DNA of 64,000 nucleotides from Dehalococcoidia bacterium (GTDB lineage Bacteria; Chloroflexota; Dehalococcoidia; Lucifugimonadales; JAGWBF01): NCBI GenBank assembly GCA_965247055.1, contig CBDFGE010000006.1, positions 31,205 to 95,204 of the forward strand, read 5' to 3'. Shown piece by piece: positions 8,473 to 16,727 of this stretch (position 1 is its first letter; each line of letters starts with the position of its first letter). The notes under the pieces were generated by a model. It saw only the letters and a program-made list of their open reading frames with translations, ran no database searches and was not told where the DNA came from. The position numbers and the translations under genes were made by a program.

Positions 8473-9240
8473 ATGCGGCCCCTCCTTTGCCTCGCCCTGG
8501 CACTGACGCTGGCGGCATCCTCTTGCGGTGGCGACGCCCGTGAGGAGATCCTGGTCTTCGCCGCGGCCAGCCTCAGCGATGTCGTGGAACCCCTGTCCCA
8601 GCGGTTCGGCGACAGCGAGGGCATCAAGGTTAGCTTCAACCTAGGCGGCTCCTCGGCCCTGGCCCAGCAGATCGTTCGGGGCGCTCCCGCAGACCTCTTC
8701 ATCTCCGCCGGCACTCGGCCTATGGATATACTCGAAGAGCGCGGGCTTATCCTCTCAGGCACCTGGGCGCCCCTTCTGGTCAACGAGCTGGTGCTGGTAG
8801 GCCGCTCCGGCTCGCAGAAGAGCTCAGGGCTCACCGACGTACAGGGGCTGGCAAGCGCCGACCTCCGGGTTGCCATCGCCGATCCCGAGCTTGCCCCGGC
8901 GGGAGAGTACGCGAAGGAGGCGCTGGAGAACCTCGGGCTGTGGCGCCTCCTCCAGCCACGCCTTGTCCCCGCCCCCGACGTCCGAACCGCCTTGAGTTAC
9001 GTGGAGACTGGGAACGTGGATGCGGGCATCGTCTATCGCACCGACGTACATGCCGCCAGGGGGGTAGAGATACTGGCCACGCTCCCCGAGGACAGCCATT
9101 CTCCCATCGTCTACCCCGTCGCACTGGTCTCTCGCTCCGGCCACTCGCGGGCGGCCCTCAAGTTCCTGGAGTACCTCCAGAGCGACGAGGGAAAGGAGAC
9201 CTTCCGGAGTTACGGCTTCGTTCCCCACGGAGGCGATTAG
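8473..9240 (+). CDS. modA: molybdate ABC transporter substrate-binding protein
   Basis: Lipoprotein-type signal peptide (LTLAASSCGG) and a ModA pattern (VFAAASL...F..SFGGS..L..QI..GAPADLFISA...VGIVYRTDV). Confidence 0.9.
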   Translation: MRPLLCLALALTLAASSCGGDAREEILVFAAASLSDVVEPLSQRFGDSEGIKVSFNLGGSSALAQQIVRGAPADLFISAGTRPMDILEERGLILSGTWAPLLVNELVLVGRSGSQKSSGLTDVQGLASADLRVAIADPELAPAGEYAKEALENLGLWRLLQPRLVPAPDVRTALSYVETGNVDAGIVYRTDVHAARGVEILATLPEDSHSPIVYPVALVSRSGHSRAALKFLEYLQSDEGKETFRSYGFVPHGGD

Positions 9241-9355
9241 ACGGGAGTTCCACCGGGGCGGTGGTGACGGGATAGGCCTCTTGTTCCCTACCCGAAGTTC
9301 TCCTGGTAATATGGGGGCGAAGGCGGTCCCTGAGCCGCGCGGGCTTGGGCCGGCC

Positions 9356-10054
9356 ATGGCGTACGTCCTGGAAAGGAGCTCGGTGCTTTCCTCCGACGAG
9401 TTTCGGGTCATAGCGCTATCGGTACAGGTGGCCGCCCTGGGAACGCTGTTAGGCCTTCCTATCGCCCTGTGGGTAGGCTGGTTTCTCGCAAGGTCCAACG
9501 TCCCCGGCAAGGCTGTGGTGGACACCCTGGTCTCCTTCCCCCTGGTACTCCCGCCGGTGGTGACCGGCTACGTGCTGCTCCTCCTGATGGGCCGGGAGGG
9601 CCCCATCGGGGGCCTGCTCCATCGACTCTTCGGAGTAGACGTGGTATTCACCTGGGTGGCGGCTGCACTGGCCGCCGGGTTGGTCTCCCTTCCCCTCATG
9701 GTAAGAACGATAGAGGTGGCGATGTCGGGGGTGGACCGGCGCCTGGAGCTGGCGGCACGCAGCCTGGGCGCGGGCCCGCTGAAGACCTTCTTCAACGTTA
9801 CCCTGCCTCTGGCCCATCGGGGCGTGCTGGCGGCGGCGTTTCTGGGCTTCGCCCGCGGGCTGGGAGAGTTCGGCGCCACCATCGTCGTGGCGGGCAACAT
9901 CCCCGGAAAGACCCAGACCATCCCCCTCCTCATCTTCAATCGCGTCCAGATAGGGGACGACGCGGCCGCGGTGCGGCTCATAGCGGCATCCCTGGTGCTG
10001 GCCCTTCTGGCGCTGGCCATGCACCAGCGCCTGGCTCGGCGGATCGCGCGCTAG
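9356..10054 (+). CDS. modB: molybdate ABC transporter permease
   Basis: ModB-type MetI-fold permease (LPLVLPPVVTGYVLLLLMGREGPIG..., EAARSLGAGPLKTFFNVTLPLA). The start was chosen at MAYVLE; the alternative TTG at 9281 is less likely. Confidence 0.85.
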   Translation: MAYVLERSSVLSSDEFRVIALSVQVAALGTLLGLPIALWVGWFLARSNVPGKAVVDTLVSFPLVLPPVVTGYVLLLLMGREGPIGGLLHRLFGVDVVFTWVAAALAAGLVSLPLMVRTIEVAMSGVDRRLELAARSLGAGPLKTFFNVTLPLAHRGVLAAAFLGFARGLGEFGATIVVAGNIPGKTQTIPLLIFNRVQIGDDAAAVRLIAASLVLALLALAMHQRLARRIAR

Positions 10055-10057
10055 TCG

Positions 10058-11146
10058 ATGAGCGACCCGTTCCTCAAGCTCAAGATCCGCAAGACCTACC
10101 CAGGGTTCAGACTGGAGGTGGACGCCTCCTTCCCAAAGGGCGTTACCGCCATCTTCGGTCCCTCTGGCAGCGGCAAGACCACCATCCTCAACTGCATCGG
10201 TGGACTGGAAAGCCCCGACGAGGGCGAGATCTCTCTGGACGGCCGGCCCCTGTACTCCTCCTCCCGGGGCGTCAACCTCCGGCCAGAGAGGCGGCGCATG
10301 GGCTACATGTTCCAGGATGGCCTCCTGTTCCCCCACTATCGGGTGCGGGAGAATATCTCCTACGGGTTCCGTGCGACACCGCCAGAGCGACGCAGGGTGC
10401 GGCCCGACCAGCTGGTGGAGCTGCTGGAGCTTGGGCCCCTCATGGAGCGGCGTCCTTTGAGCCTTTCCGCCGGCGAGAGGCAGAGGGTGGCCCTGGCCCG
10501 GGCCCTGGCAACCTCTCCAGACCTGCTCCTTATGGACGAACCTCTGGCGTCCCTGGACATGGCCCTCCGCGGCCGGATCCTCCGCTACCTCAAGGAGCTT
10601 CACCAGGAGCTGGGCATATCCATGTTGTACGTCTCTCACAGCATCTCCGAGGTGCTGGCGATAGCCGGTGGGGCGCTGGTCATCTCCCATGGTAAGCAGA
10701 TCGCCTACGACGAGCCTCACAGGGTCCTGCTGGAACCCTTCGTCCACTCCCTGGTGGAGAGTAGGGGTCTGGAGAACTTGCTGGACGTGGAGGTGTTGGA
10801 GCACGGCGCGGGCAACAGTCTTACCGGCGCGCGACTGGGGGAAACCCTGGTGTGGGTCCGCGGGCTGCCTCCGCACATACGGTCCGGCGATGCCGTATCC
10901 ATCGCCATCAGGGCCGGCGATATCATCGTGGCGGTGGACCGGCCTCAGCGGGTAAGCGCCAGGAACATACTCTCGGCCCGCATCCAGGGGATTCACCGGG
11001 TGGAGGATAGCGTGCTCCTGTTCACCGACGTGGGGGCGCCTCTGATGGTGGAGATCACCCCCGAGGCCCTGGACTCCCTGGAGCTCCATGAGGGGCAGGA
11101 CGTGTACCTCCTCATCAAGTCCAGCTCCATCGTCGTGCTGGGCTAG
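10058..11146 (+). CDS. modC: molybdenum ABC transporter ATP-binding protein with C-terminal TOBE/Mop domain
   Basis: Walker A GPSGSGKTT, signature LSAGERQRVALARAL, Walker B LLLMDEP and a C-terminal TOBE-like ~120 aa. Confidence 0.9.
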   Translation: MSDPFLKLKIRKTYPGFRLEVDASFPKGVTAIFGPSGSGKTTILNCIGGLESPDEGEISLDGRPLYSSSRGVNLRPERRRMGYMFQDGLLFPHYRVRENISYGFRATPPERRRVRPDQLVELLELGPLMERRPLSLSAGERQRVALARALATSPDLLLMDEPLASLDMALRGRILRYLKELHQELGISMLYVSHSISEVLAIAGGALVISHGKQIAYDEPHRVLLEPFVHSLVESRGLENLLDVEVLEHGAGNSLTGARLGETLVWVRGLPPHIRSGDAVSIAIRAGDIIVAVDRPQRVSARNILSARIQGIHRVEDSVLLFTDVGAPLMVEITPEALDSLELHEGQDVYLLIKSSSIVVLG

Positions 11147-12066
11147 CGGGGGGTGCGCCCGTCCCTGTGGGGCACCAGGATGGAGTAGAGGATGTCGTTC
11201 ACGGGAGTGGGGACCCCCACCTCCCGCCCCATCCTGACCACGGCGCCGTTAAGAGCCTCGAGCTCCAGCGGCCTGCCCAGCTCCAGGTCCGTATGCATCG
11301 ATGCCTGGAGGTCCTTAGCGACGGTCTCCATGTACTCCATAGTCCTGGCCACCACCTCCGGGTCCAGTCCCACTCCTTTCGCCCTTCCCACGGCCTCCAC
11401 CTCCTTCATGGCGGCCACGATGGTCCCCCGCGCCTCTGGGTGCGGCAGTAGCCTGCTTACGGGTACGCGGGCCGCGCTGGTCACCCCGGCCACGGTCGAT
11501 ATGAACAGGAACTTGGTCCACAGGTCCCTCACCACATCGTCGGAGACCTCGGTGGCGATTCCCGCGTCCATGAAGGTCTCCTGGATACGCTGGCACCGGG
11601 GCGTGGTCCTGCCGTCGGTCTCGCCGAACACGATGCGGACCACATCCCCCGTCTGCCGTATCACGCCGGGGGCCTCGATCTGGGTCTCGATGTAGGCGGC
11701 GCCTGGCAGCACCCTCTCCCGCCCCACCCGGCGGGCCAGCTCCTCGGGGCCCTCCACGCCGTTCTGAAGCGTGAGCAGGGACGTGCCCTCTCCCACCAGC
11801 GGCGCCAGGGCCGGCATCGCCACGGCGTTCTGGTAGGTCTTCACGGTGAGGAGCACCAGGTCCACGGGACCCACTCGGGAAGGCGCGTCGGTGGCATCGA
11901 CCCGCAGATAGAAGTCGCCCTTACTTCCCCTGACCCTCAGCCCGTGGGTCCGTATGGCCTCGAGGTGCGCTCCCCGGGCGATGAGGCTGACCTCGTTGCC
12001 CGCCCTCGCGAGGAGACCACCAAAGTAGCCTCCGACTCCTCCGGCCCCCATGACCGCTATGCGCAT
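11143..12066 (-). CDS. panE: 2-dehydropantoate 2-reductase family protein (ApbA/PanE)
   Basis: MRIAVMGAGGVGGYFGGLLARAG Rossmann motif, LLTLQNG, and C-terminal ...SMHTDLELGRPLELEALNGAVV. The start was chosen at MRIAV (12066). Confidence 0.8.
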   Translation of the reverse strand: MRIAVMGAGGVGGYFGGLLARAGNEVSLIARGAHLEAIRTHGLRVRGSKGDFYLRVDATDAPSRVGPVDLVLLTVKTYQNAVAMPALAPLVGEGTSLLTLQNGVEGPEELARRVGRERVLPGAAYIETQIEAPGVIRQTGDVVRIVFGETDGRTTPRCQRIQETFMDAGIATEVSDDVVRDLWTKFLFISTVAGVTSAARVPVSRLLPHPEARGTIVAAMKEVEAVGRAKGVGLDPEVVARTMEYMETVAKDLQASMHTDLELGRPLELEALNGAVVRMGREVGVPTPVNDILYSILVPHRDGRTPR

Positions 12067-12201
12067 AGCGACCTCCTCCGACAGCACAGTTCAAAGATAA
12101 CCCGTATCCCCCCACGGTTCAAGCCTGGCCTTGAACTCCCCCGCCACACCATGTAAGCTCTAATCGCGAAGGCCGCTGGGGGGGCGAAAGGAGTCAGCGC
12201 C

Positions 12202-13893
12202 ATGGCCAAACTCACCGGGGCCCACCTGATGGCCCGGGCCCTCAAGCTGGAGGGCATCCAGAAGATATTCACCATCGTGGGGGATACCATCCTGCCTCTG
12301 GTGGACGCTCTGGAGGACGAGGGGCTCCAGCTCATCGACACCCGCCACGAAGCGGCGGCCATGCACATGGCCGACGCCTGGGCCAGGGTCACCGGGGAGC
12401 CGGCCGTGGTCATGTGCACCGGCGGGCCGGGGTTCGCCAACGCCGTCTCGGCCCTGCCCAACATCTACACCTCCGAGAGCCCCGTCATATTCATCAGCGG
12501 CGCCAGCGAGCTCCCCGAGAAGGGTATGTATGCCTTTCAGGATATAGACCAGGTGGGTATGGCCACCCCGGTGACCAAGGGGGCCTGGCTCATCCACGAC
12601 CGGAGCCGCATCGCCGAGTATGTCGCCACCGCCTTCCGCACCGCGCTCTCAGGCCGGCCGGGGCCGGTGCACCTGACGATGCCTATAGACTTGCAGGAGC
12701 GGGTCGTCTCCGAGGATGAGATGCCCAGGTACCTACCCGGCGAGTACCGGAGCACTGGGCGCCCCCACGGCGACCCCAGCCTGATTCAGCAGGCCGTAAG
12801 GCTGCTCAACAAGGCGGAGCGTCCTGTGGTCATCGTCGCCAACGCCGCCCGCTACTCCCTGACCCCCGACTCGTTGCATGAGCTCGTGGAGCTCACCGGC
12901 CTGCCCACCTTCACCATAGAGCAGTCCAGGGGGATGCTACCCGACGAGCATCCCCTCTGCTTCGGATACGCCGACGGAGCGCTGAACGCCACCGCCAGGC
13001 GGTTCCGGGAGGCGGATGTGGTGCTGCTCCTGGGAAAGCGATTTGACCACCGCTTCCGCTATGGAGAGCCCCCCTTCTTCGGCGTCGACGCCCATCTGAT
13101 TCAGGTGGACCCCTCATCCCAGGAAATCGGCAGGAACCGTGGCGTCGCCGTGGGCATCGAGGGCAATATAGGTGCGGTGGTGGAGCAGCTTATGGCAGAG
13201 GCGAAAAAGCTGGTGTGGCCCTCTGAAAGGCTGGCTCCCTGGATTGCCCTGCTTAAGGAAGACCGGCGGGCCTGGCTGGAGCACCTGGAGTCCTTTGCCA
13301 CCGGGGAGCTCCCGCTGCACCCGATGGGGGTCTTCAAGGAGGTGGAGCAACACATCAGCGGCGACGCGGTCCTGATTTTCGACGGTGGCGACTACGCCCA
13401 GTGGGGCCGGTCCTACTTGAAGGCGAGCAAGCTGGGCCGCTGGATGCGGCTGGGACCCCTGAGCCAGCTTGGGTGCGGGTTGCCCTATGCGCTGGCGGCG
13501 AGGCTGGCCTTACCCGAGGCCAGGGTGCTGCTATTCATAGGAGATGGCTCCCTCGGCTTTTACGCCATGGAGTACGATACGGCCATACGGCACAACCTCC
13601 CATTCACCGCCATCATGGGCAACGATGACGCCTGGGGCATAGACAAGAACTTCCAGATGGCCTACTACGGTAGGGCGGTCGCTACAGACCTGCGCTCCGT
13701 CCGCTACGACCTGGTGGTGCAGGCGCTGGGCGGCTACGGCGAATACGTGGAACGGAGGGAGGACGTGGCTCCCGCCGTGGGCCGGGCCATAGCTTCGGGC
13801 ATGCCCTCCCTGGTGAACGTCAGGGTGAGGTCCTCCCGCAGTCCCCTGGCCGACGCCATGGTGGCGAGGAAGATGGCCTCCCGGCAGGATTAG
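12202..13893 (+). CDS. thiamine pyrophosphate-dependent enzyme (acetolactate synthase large subunit / 2-hydroxyacyl-CoA lyase-like)
   Basis: N-terminal Pyr domain (HEAAAMHMADAWARVTGEPAVVMCTGGPGFANA) and C-terminal TPP motif (IGDGSLGFYAMEYDTAIRHNLPFTAIMGNDDAWG). Substrate cannot be assigned by eye. Confidence 0.85.
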   Translation: MAKLTGAHLMARALKLEGIQKIFTIVGDTILPLVDALEDEGLQLIDTRHEAAAMHMADAWARVTGEPAVVMCTGGPGFANAVSALPNIYTSESPVIFISGASELPEKGMYAFQDIDQVGMATPVTKGAWLIHDRSRIAEYVATAFRTALSGRPGPVHLTMPIDLQERVVSEDEMPRYLPGEYRSTGRPHGDPSLIQQAVRLLNKAERPVVIVANAARYSLTPDSLHELVELTGLPTFTIEQSRGMLPDEHPLCFGYADGALNATARRFREADVVLLLGKRFDHRFRYGEPPFFGVDAHLIQVDPSSQEIGRNRGVAVGIEGNIGAVVEQLMAEAKKLVWPSERLAPWIALLKEDRRAWLEHLESFATGELPLHPMGVFKEVEQHISGDAVLIFDGGDYAQWGRSYLKASKLGRWMRLGPLSQLGCGLPYALAARLALPEARVLLFIGDGSLGFYAMEYDTAIRHNLPFTAIMGNDDAWGIDKNFQMAYYGRAVATDLRSVRYDLVVQALGGYGEYVERREDVAPAVGRAIASGMPSLVNVRVRSSRSPLADAMVARKMASRQD

Positions 13894-13998
13894 CCGCAGC
13901 TCGAGGAGTGGTCCCACTGCGGGCCTCAGCCCTGCCTAGCCCCGTGCTAAAACCCACTCTGTCCGCCATCTGATCCCGGCGTCGCGGAGGTTTAAGAC

Positions 13999-15246
13999 AT
14001 GTCCAGAACGGAGCACGTTCAGGTCGCCAGACGGAGCTCCCCCGGGATCGCCCTCTGGCGAGAAGAGCACCCCCAGGAACGGCTGGACCTGAGCGGGGCG
14101 AATCTCAGCAACCTTAACCTCAACCGCGCTGACCTCAGCGGAGCCGACCTCAGTGGCGCGGACCTGTTGGGCGTGCGGCTGAACCAGGCCAACCTACGGC
14201 GGGCGGACCTGAAGGGGGCCGTCGCCGTTATCGGTCAGCTCACGAGGGCCGACCTCAGGGAGGCCGACCTCAGCGGTGCGACGCTAAGAAGGTGCGACCT
14301 GACCGGCGCGGACCTGGCCGGCGCGAACCTCAGTGGCGCCAACCTGTCCGGGGCCGTCCTGAGGGGTGCCAGCCTCGAAAACGCCCTCGCCGCCGGAGCC
14401 AACCTCAGCGGGGCAGATCTGAGCGGGGCCGGCCTCGGAGGCGCGGACCTGAGTGGGGCCGACCTGAGTAATGCCGGCCTCGCCGGGGCAGACCTCACGG
14501 GTGCCAACCTGAGCAGAGCCACCTTCTACAGGACCTCCCTGGCCAGCTCCATATGGAGAGGGGCGGTCATGTTTCACACTGTCTTCGGGGACTGTGACCT
14601 GTCCCAGGCCGTTGGGCTGGATCGGGCGGACCACCAGGGGCCGAGCGCCCTCGGCCTGGATACCCTGTCCCGCTCGGGAGGGACCTTGCCCCCGGAGTTC
14701 CTCCGGGGTACGGGGGCCCCCGAGAGTGCGGTCGAGTACATGAACGCCGTGTCCCAGGCTCCCGATCGCTTCTACACCTGCTTCATCTCCTGCTGCACCG
14801 GCGACCTGGAGTTCACCCAGAGGCTCCAAGCCGGCCTCCAGGCCCGGGGTGTACGGTGCTGGTACCATGCCTCCGACGCCCGCCGGGGCCCCTGGACGTC
14901 CGGGAATATCGACCGGGGCATCCGCTACTACGACAAGCTGGTGGTGGTGTGCTCCGAAGAGTCTCTGGCCAACGAGCTGCTGCGCGAGGGCGTCTCCCAG
15001 GGGATAGAGAGGCAGAACGCCACAGGCAGGTGGCTGTTCTACCCTGTCGCCGTGTCCGACGCCGTTTACAACCGTCGAAACAGGAACGTGCGCCTCCTCC
15101 AGCTCTGGCGCTACGTCACCTTCGACTTCCGCGCCTGGGAGGAGGCCTCAGCCTATGACGATGCCCTGGAAAGCCTCGCCGCCGGGCTGAACGGCGACCA
15201 GGAAGCCTCGGCCGGACTCGTCCCCCTGGAAGAGGATCAGGGCTGA
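13999..15246 (+). CDS. pentapeptide-repeat protein fused to a C-terminal divergent TIR-like domain
   Basis: aa 29-204 hold about 35 tandem A(D/N)LxG pentapeptides. aa 258-397 follow a TIR_2-like pattern (CFISCC..D.EF...L...L...GVRCWY, DKLVVVCSEESL, LFYPVAVSD, FDFRAWEE..YDDALESL). RBS GGAGG. Confidence 0.8.
   Translation: MSRTEHVQVARRSSPGIALWREEHPQERLDLSGANLSNLNLNRADLSGADLSGADLLGVRLNQANLRRADLKGAVAVIGQLTRADLREADLSGATLRRCDLTGADLAGANLSGANLSGAVLRGASLENALAAGANLSGADLSGAGLGGADLSGADLSNAGLAGADLTGANLSRATFYRTSLASSIWRGAVMFHTVFGDCDLSQAVGLDRADHQGPSALGLDTLSRSGGTLPPEFLRGTGAPESAVEYMNAVSQAPDRFYTCFISCCTGDLEFTQRLQAGLQARGVRCWYHASDARRGPWTSGNIDRGIRYYDKLVVVCSEESLANELLREGVSQGIERQNATGRWLFYPVAVSDAVYNRRNRNVRLLQLWRYVTFDFRAWEEASAYDDALESLAAGLNGDQEASAGLVPLEEDQG
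14083..14610 (+). repeat. coding tandem pentapeptide repeats (15-bp periodic DNA, GCNGACCTSAGYGGN-like)
   Basis: Direct reading of gacctcagcggagccgacctcagtggcgcggacctg... shows the repeats. The antisense frame gives an APLRS-repeat artefact ORF (14235-14522). Confidence 0.9.
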
Positions 15247-15255
15247 GCGGACGCG

Positions 15256-15618
15256 CTAGCCCCCGCCGGGTTCGGCCTTTATTACTGCCCGGCGATGGCT
15301 GCCCTCGCCGATCTTGGTCTCCCCGTCGTAGGCCTCCACTTTGAAAGTGAGCCGGTTCCTCTCCACGCCGGTAAGCTCGGCGAACGCGGTTATCCTGGCT
15401 CCCATGGGAGAGGGCGCGAGGTGGCGCACGTTTACCTCGTAGCCCACCGAGGTCTGACCCGGCTCCAGAAGGCTGTCAATGGCGTCGACGGAGGCCTGCT
15501 CCATAAGAAGGATCATGGATGGGGTGCTGAACCTGTCCATGTGGTGGGCCACATTGTGCTCGCAGACGACCGTATCCTTTTGGCCTCGCAGTCCCGGTGC
15601 TATCTTCTCACTGAGCAT
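15256..15618 (-). CDS. hotdog-fold acyl-CoA thioesterase (fluoroacetyl-CoA thioesterase-like)
   Basis: 120 aa with the pattern ...VGYEVNVRHLAPSPMGARITAFAELTGVERNRLTFKVEAYDGETKIGEGSHRRAVI. GGGAGGAAGG RBS. Confidence 0.8.
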   Translation of the reverse strand: MLSEKIAPGLRGQKDTVVCEHNVAHHMDRFSTPSMILLMEQASVDAIDSLLEPGQTSVGYEVNVRHLAPSPMGARITAFAELTGVERNRLTFKVEAYDGETKIGEGSHRRAVIKAEPGGG

Positions 15619-15705
15619 CCTTCCTCCCTTTGATGGCCCGGAGCCCGGTGTCCCAGCCGGCCGCGCAGGCGGAATCCGGCGGCTCCTTGCGTTTCATCCC
15701 CCATT

Positions 15706-15744
15706 CTACGATGGGACTGGGTGAAGCGCTACACCCCATCGTAG
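15706..15744. promoter_or_regulatory. perfect 10-bp inverted repeat just upstream of the argF promoter
   Basis: CTACGATGGG (15706-15715) and CCCATCGTAG (15735-15744) separated by 19 nt. The repeat ends 10 nt before the -35 hexamer. Confidence 0.35.
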
Positions 15745-15754
15745 CTGGCTGCCC

Positions 15755-15783
15755 TTGAACCCACGTCTGTTTTGAGATATGAT
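15755..15783 (+). promoter_or_regulatory. sigma70-like promoter of argF
   Basis: TTGAAC (15755-15760), a 17-nt spacer, then TATGAT (15778-15783). Confidence 0.5.
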
Positions 15784-15803
15784 GCTGGCCGACGGGGGGT
15801 AAA

Positions 15804-16715
15804 ATGCAAGGAAAGGACCTTCTTTCCATCCTGGACCTGAGCTCACAGGAAATCATCCGCATCGTCGAGAGGGCACACCAGATAACGCAGGAGCCCGCTC
15901 GGCCGGTGCTATCCGGGAAGACGGTGGCCCTCCTCTTCGAGAAGCCCTCGCTGCGCACCCGGGCCAGCTTCGAGGTGGCAGTGCACCAGCTGGGCGGATA
16001 CTCCTTCCATCTGGGCGCCAGCGAGGTGGGCCTGGGGGTACGGGAGCCCGTTGCCGACATCGCCCGCGTCCTGTCGCGCTATGTGGACTGCATCGTCGCC
16101 CGGGTATTTTCCCACTCCACTCTGGAGGAGCTTGGGGCGCACGCATCGGTTCCGGTTATCAACGCCCTCTCCGACTGGGAGCACCCGTGCCAGACCCTGG
16201 GAGACCTCCAGACCGTACTGGCGCACAAGGGCGGACTGGAGGGGGTCAAGGTGGCCTATGTGGGAGATGGGAACAACGTTGCCCGAAGTCTCTGCCTGGG
16301 GACGGCTTCGGTGGGCGCCAGATTCGCCATCGCGTCCCCGGTGGGGTACGGACTGGACGAAGACACCCTGTCCAGGGCGCGGGGGCGTGCGTCGGCGTGG
16401 GGCACGGAGCTCGAGATAACCGTGGAACCCCGGGAGGCCGTCTCCGGTGCCGACGTCATCTACACGGATGTGTGGACCAGCATGGGGCAGGAGGCGGAGG
16501 CGGAGGTAAGGCGCCGGGACTTTAGAGGTTACACGATAGGCCCTGAGCTCCTGTCCTGCGCCCGTCAAGGGGCCCTACTAATGCATCCCATGCCAGCTCA
16601 CTATGGCGAGGAGGTGCCACTGGGGATGCTTTCGCATCCCCAGTCGGTGGTCTTCGACCAGGCGGAGAACCGGCTCCATGCCCAGAAGGCCACCCTGGAG
16701 CTGGTGTTCGGGTAG
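15804..16715 (+). CDS. argF: ornithine carbamoyltransferase
   Basis: FEKPSLRTRASFEVA carbamoyl-phosphate motif, HPCQ, and the DVWTSMGQE and HPMPA motifs. Confidence 0.92.
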   Translation: MQGKDLLSILDLSSQEIIRIVERAHQITQEPARPVLSGKTVALLFEKPSLRTRASFEVAVHQLGGYSFHLGASEVGLGVREPVADIARVLSRYVDCIVARVFSHSTLEELGAHASVPVINALSDWEHPCQTLGDLQTVLAHKGGLEGVKVAYVGDGNNVARSLCLGTASVGARFAIASPVGYGLDEDTLSRARGRASAWGTELEITVEPREAVSGADVIYTDVWTSMGQEAEAEVRRRDFRGYTIGPELLSCARQGALLMHPMPAHYGEEVPLGMLSHPQSVVFDQAENRLHAQKATLELVFG

Positions 16716-16727
16716 CGGGTGAACATA

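Noticed and set aside
14083-14610. Highly regular short DNA repeats that might suggest a CRISPR array or VNTR.
   Set aside because: The 15-bp period with no unique spacers lies entirely within an ORF encoding pentapeptide repeats. It is not a CRISPR array. The antisense APLRS-repeat ORF (14235-14522) is an artefact of the same periodicity.
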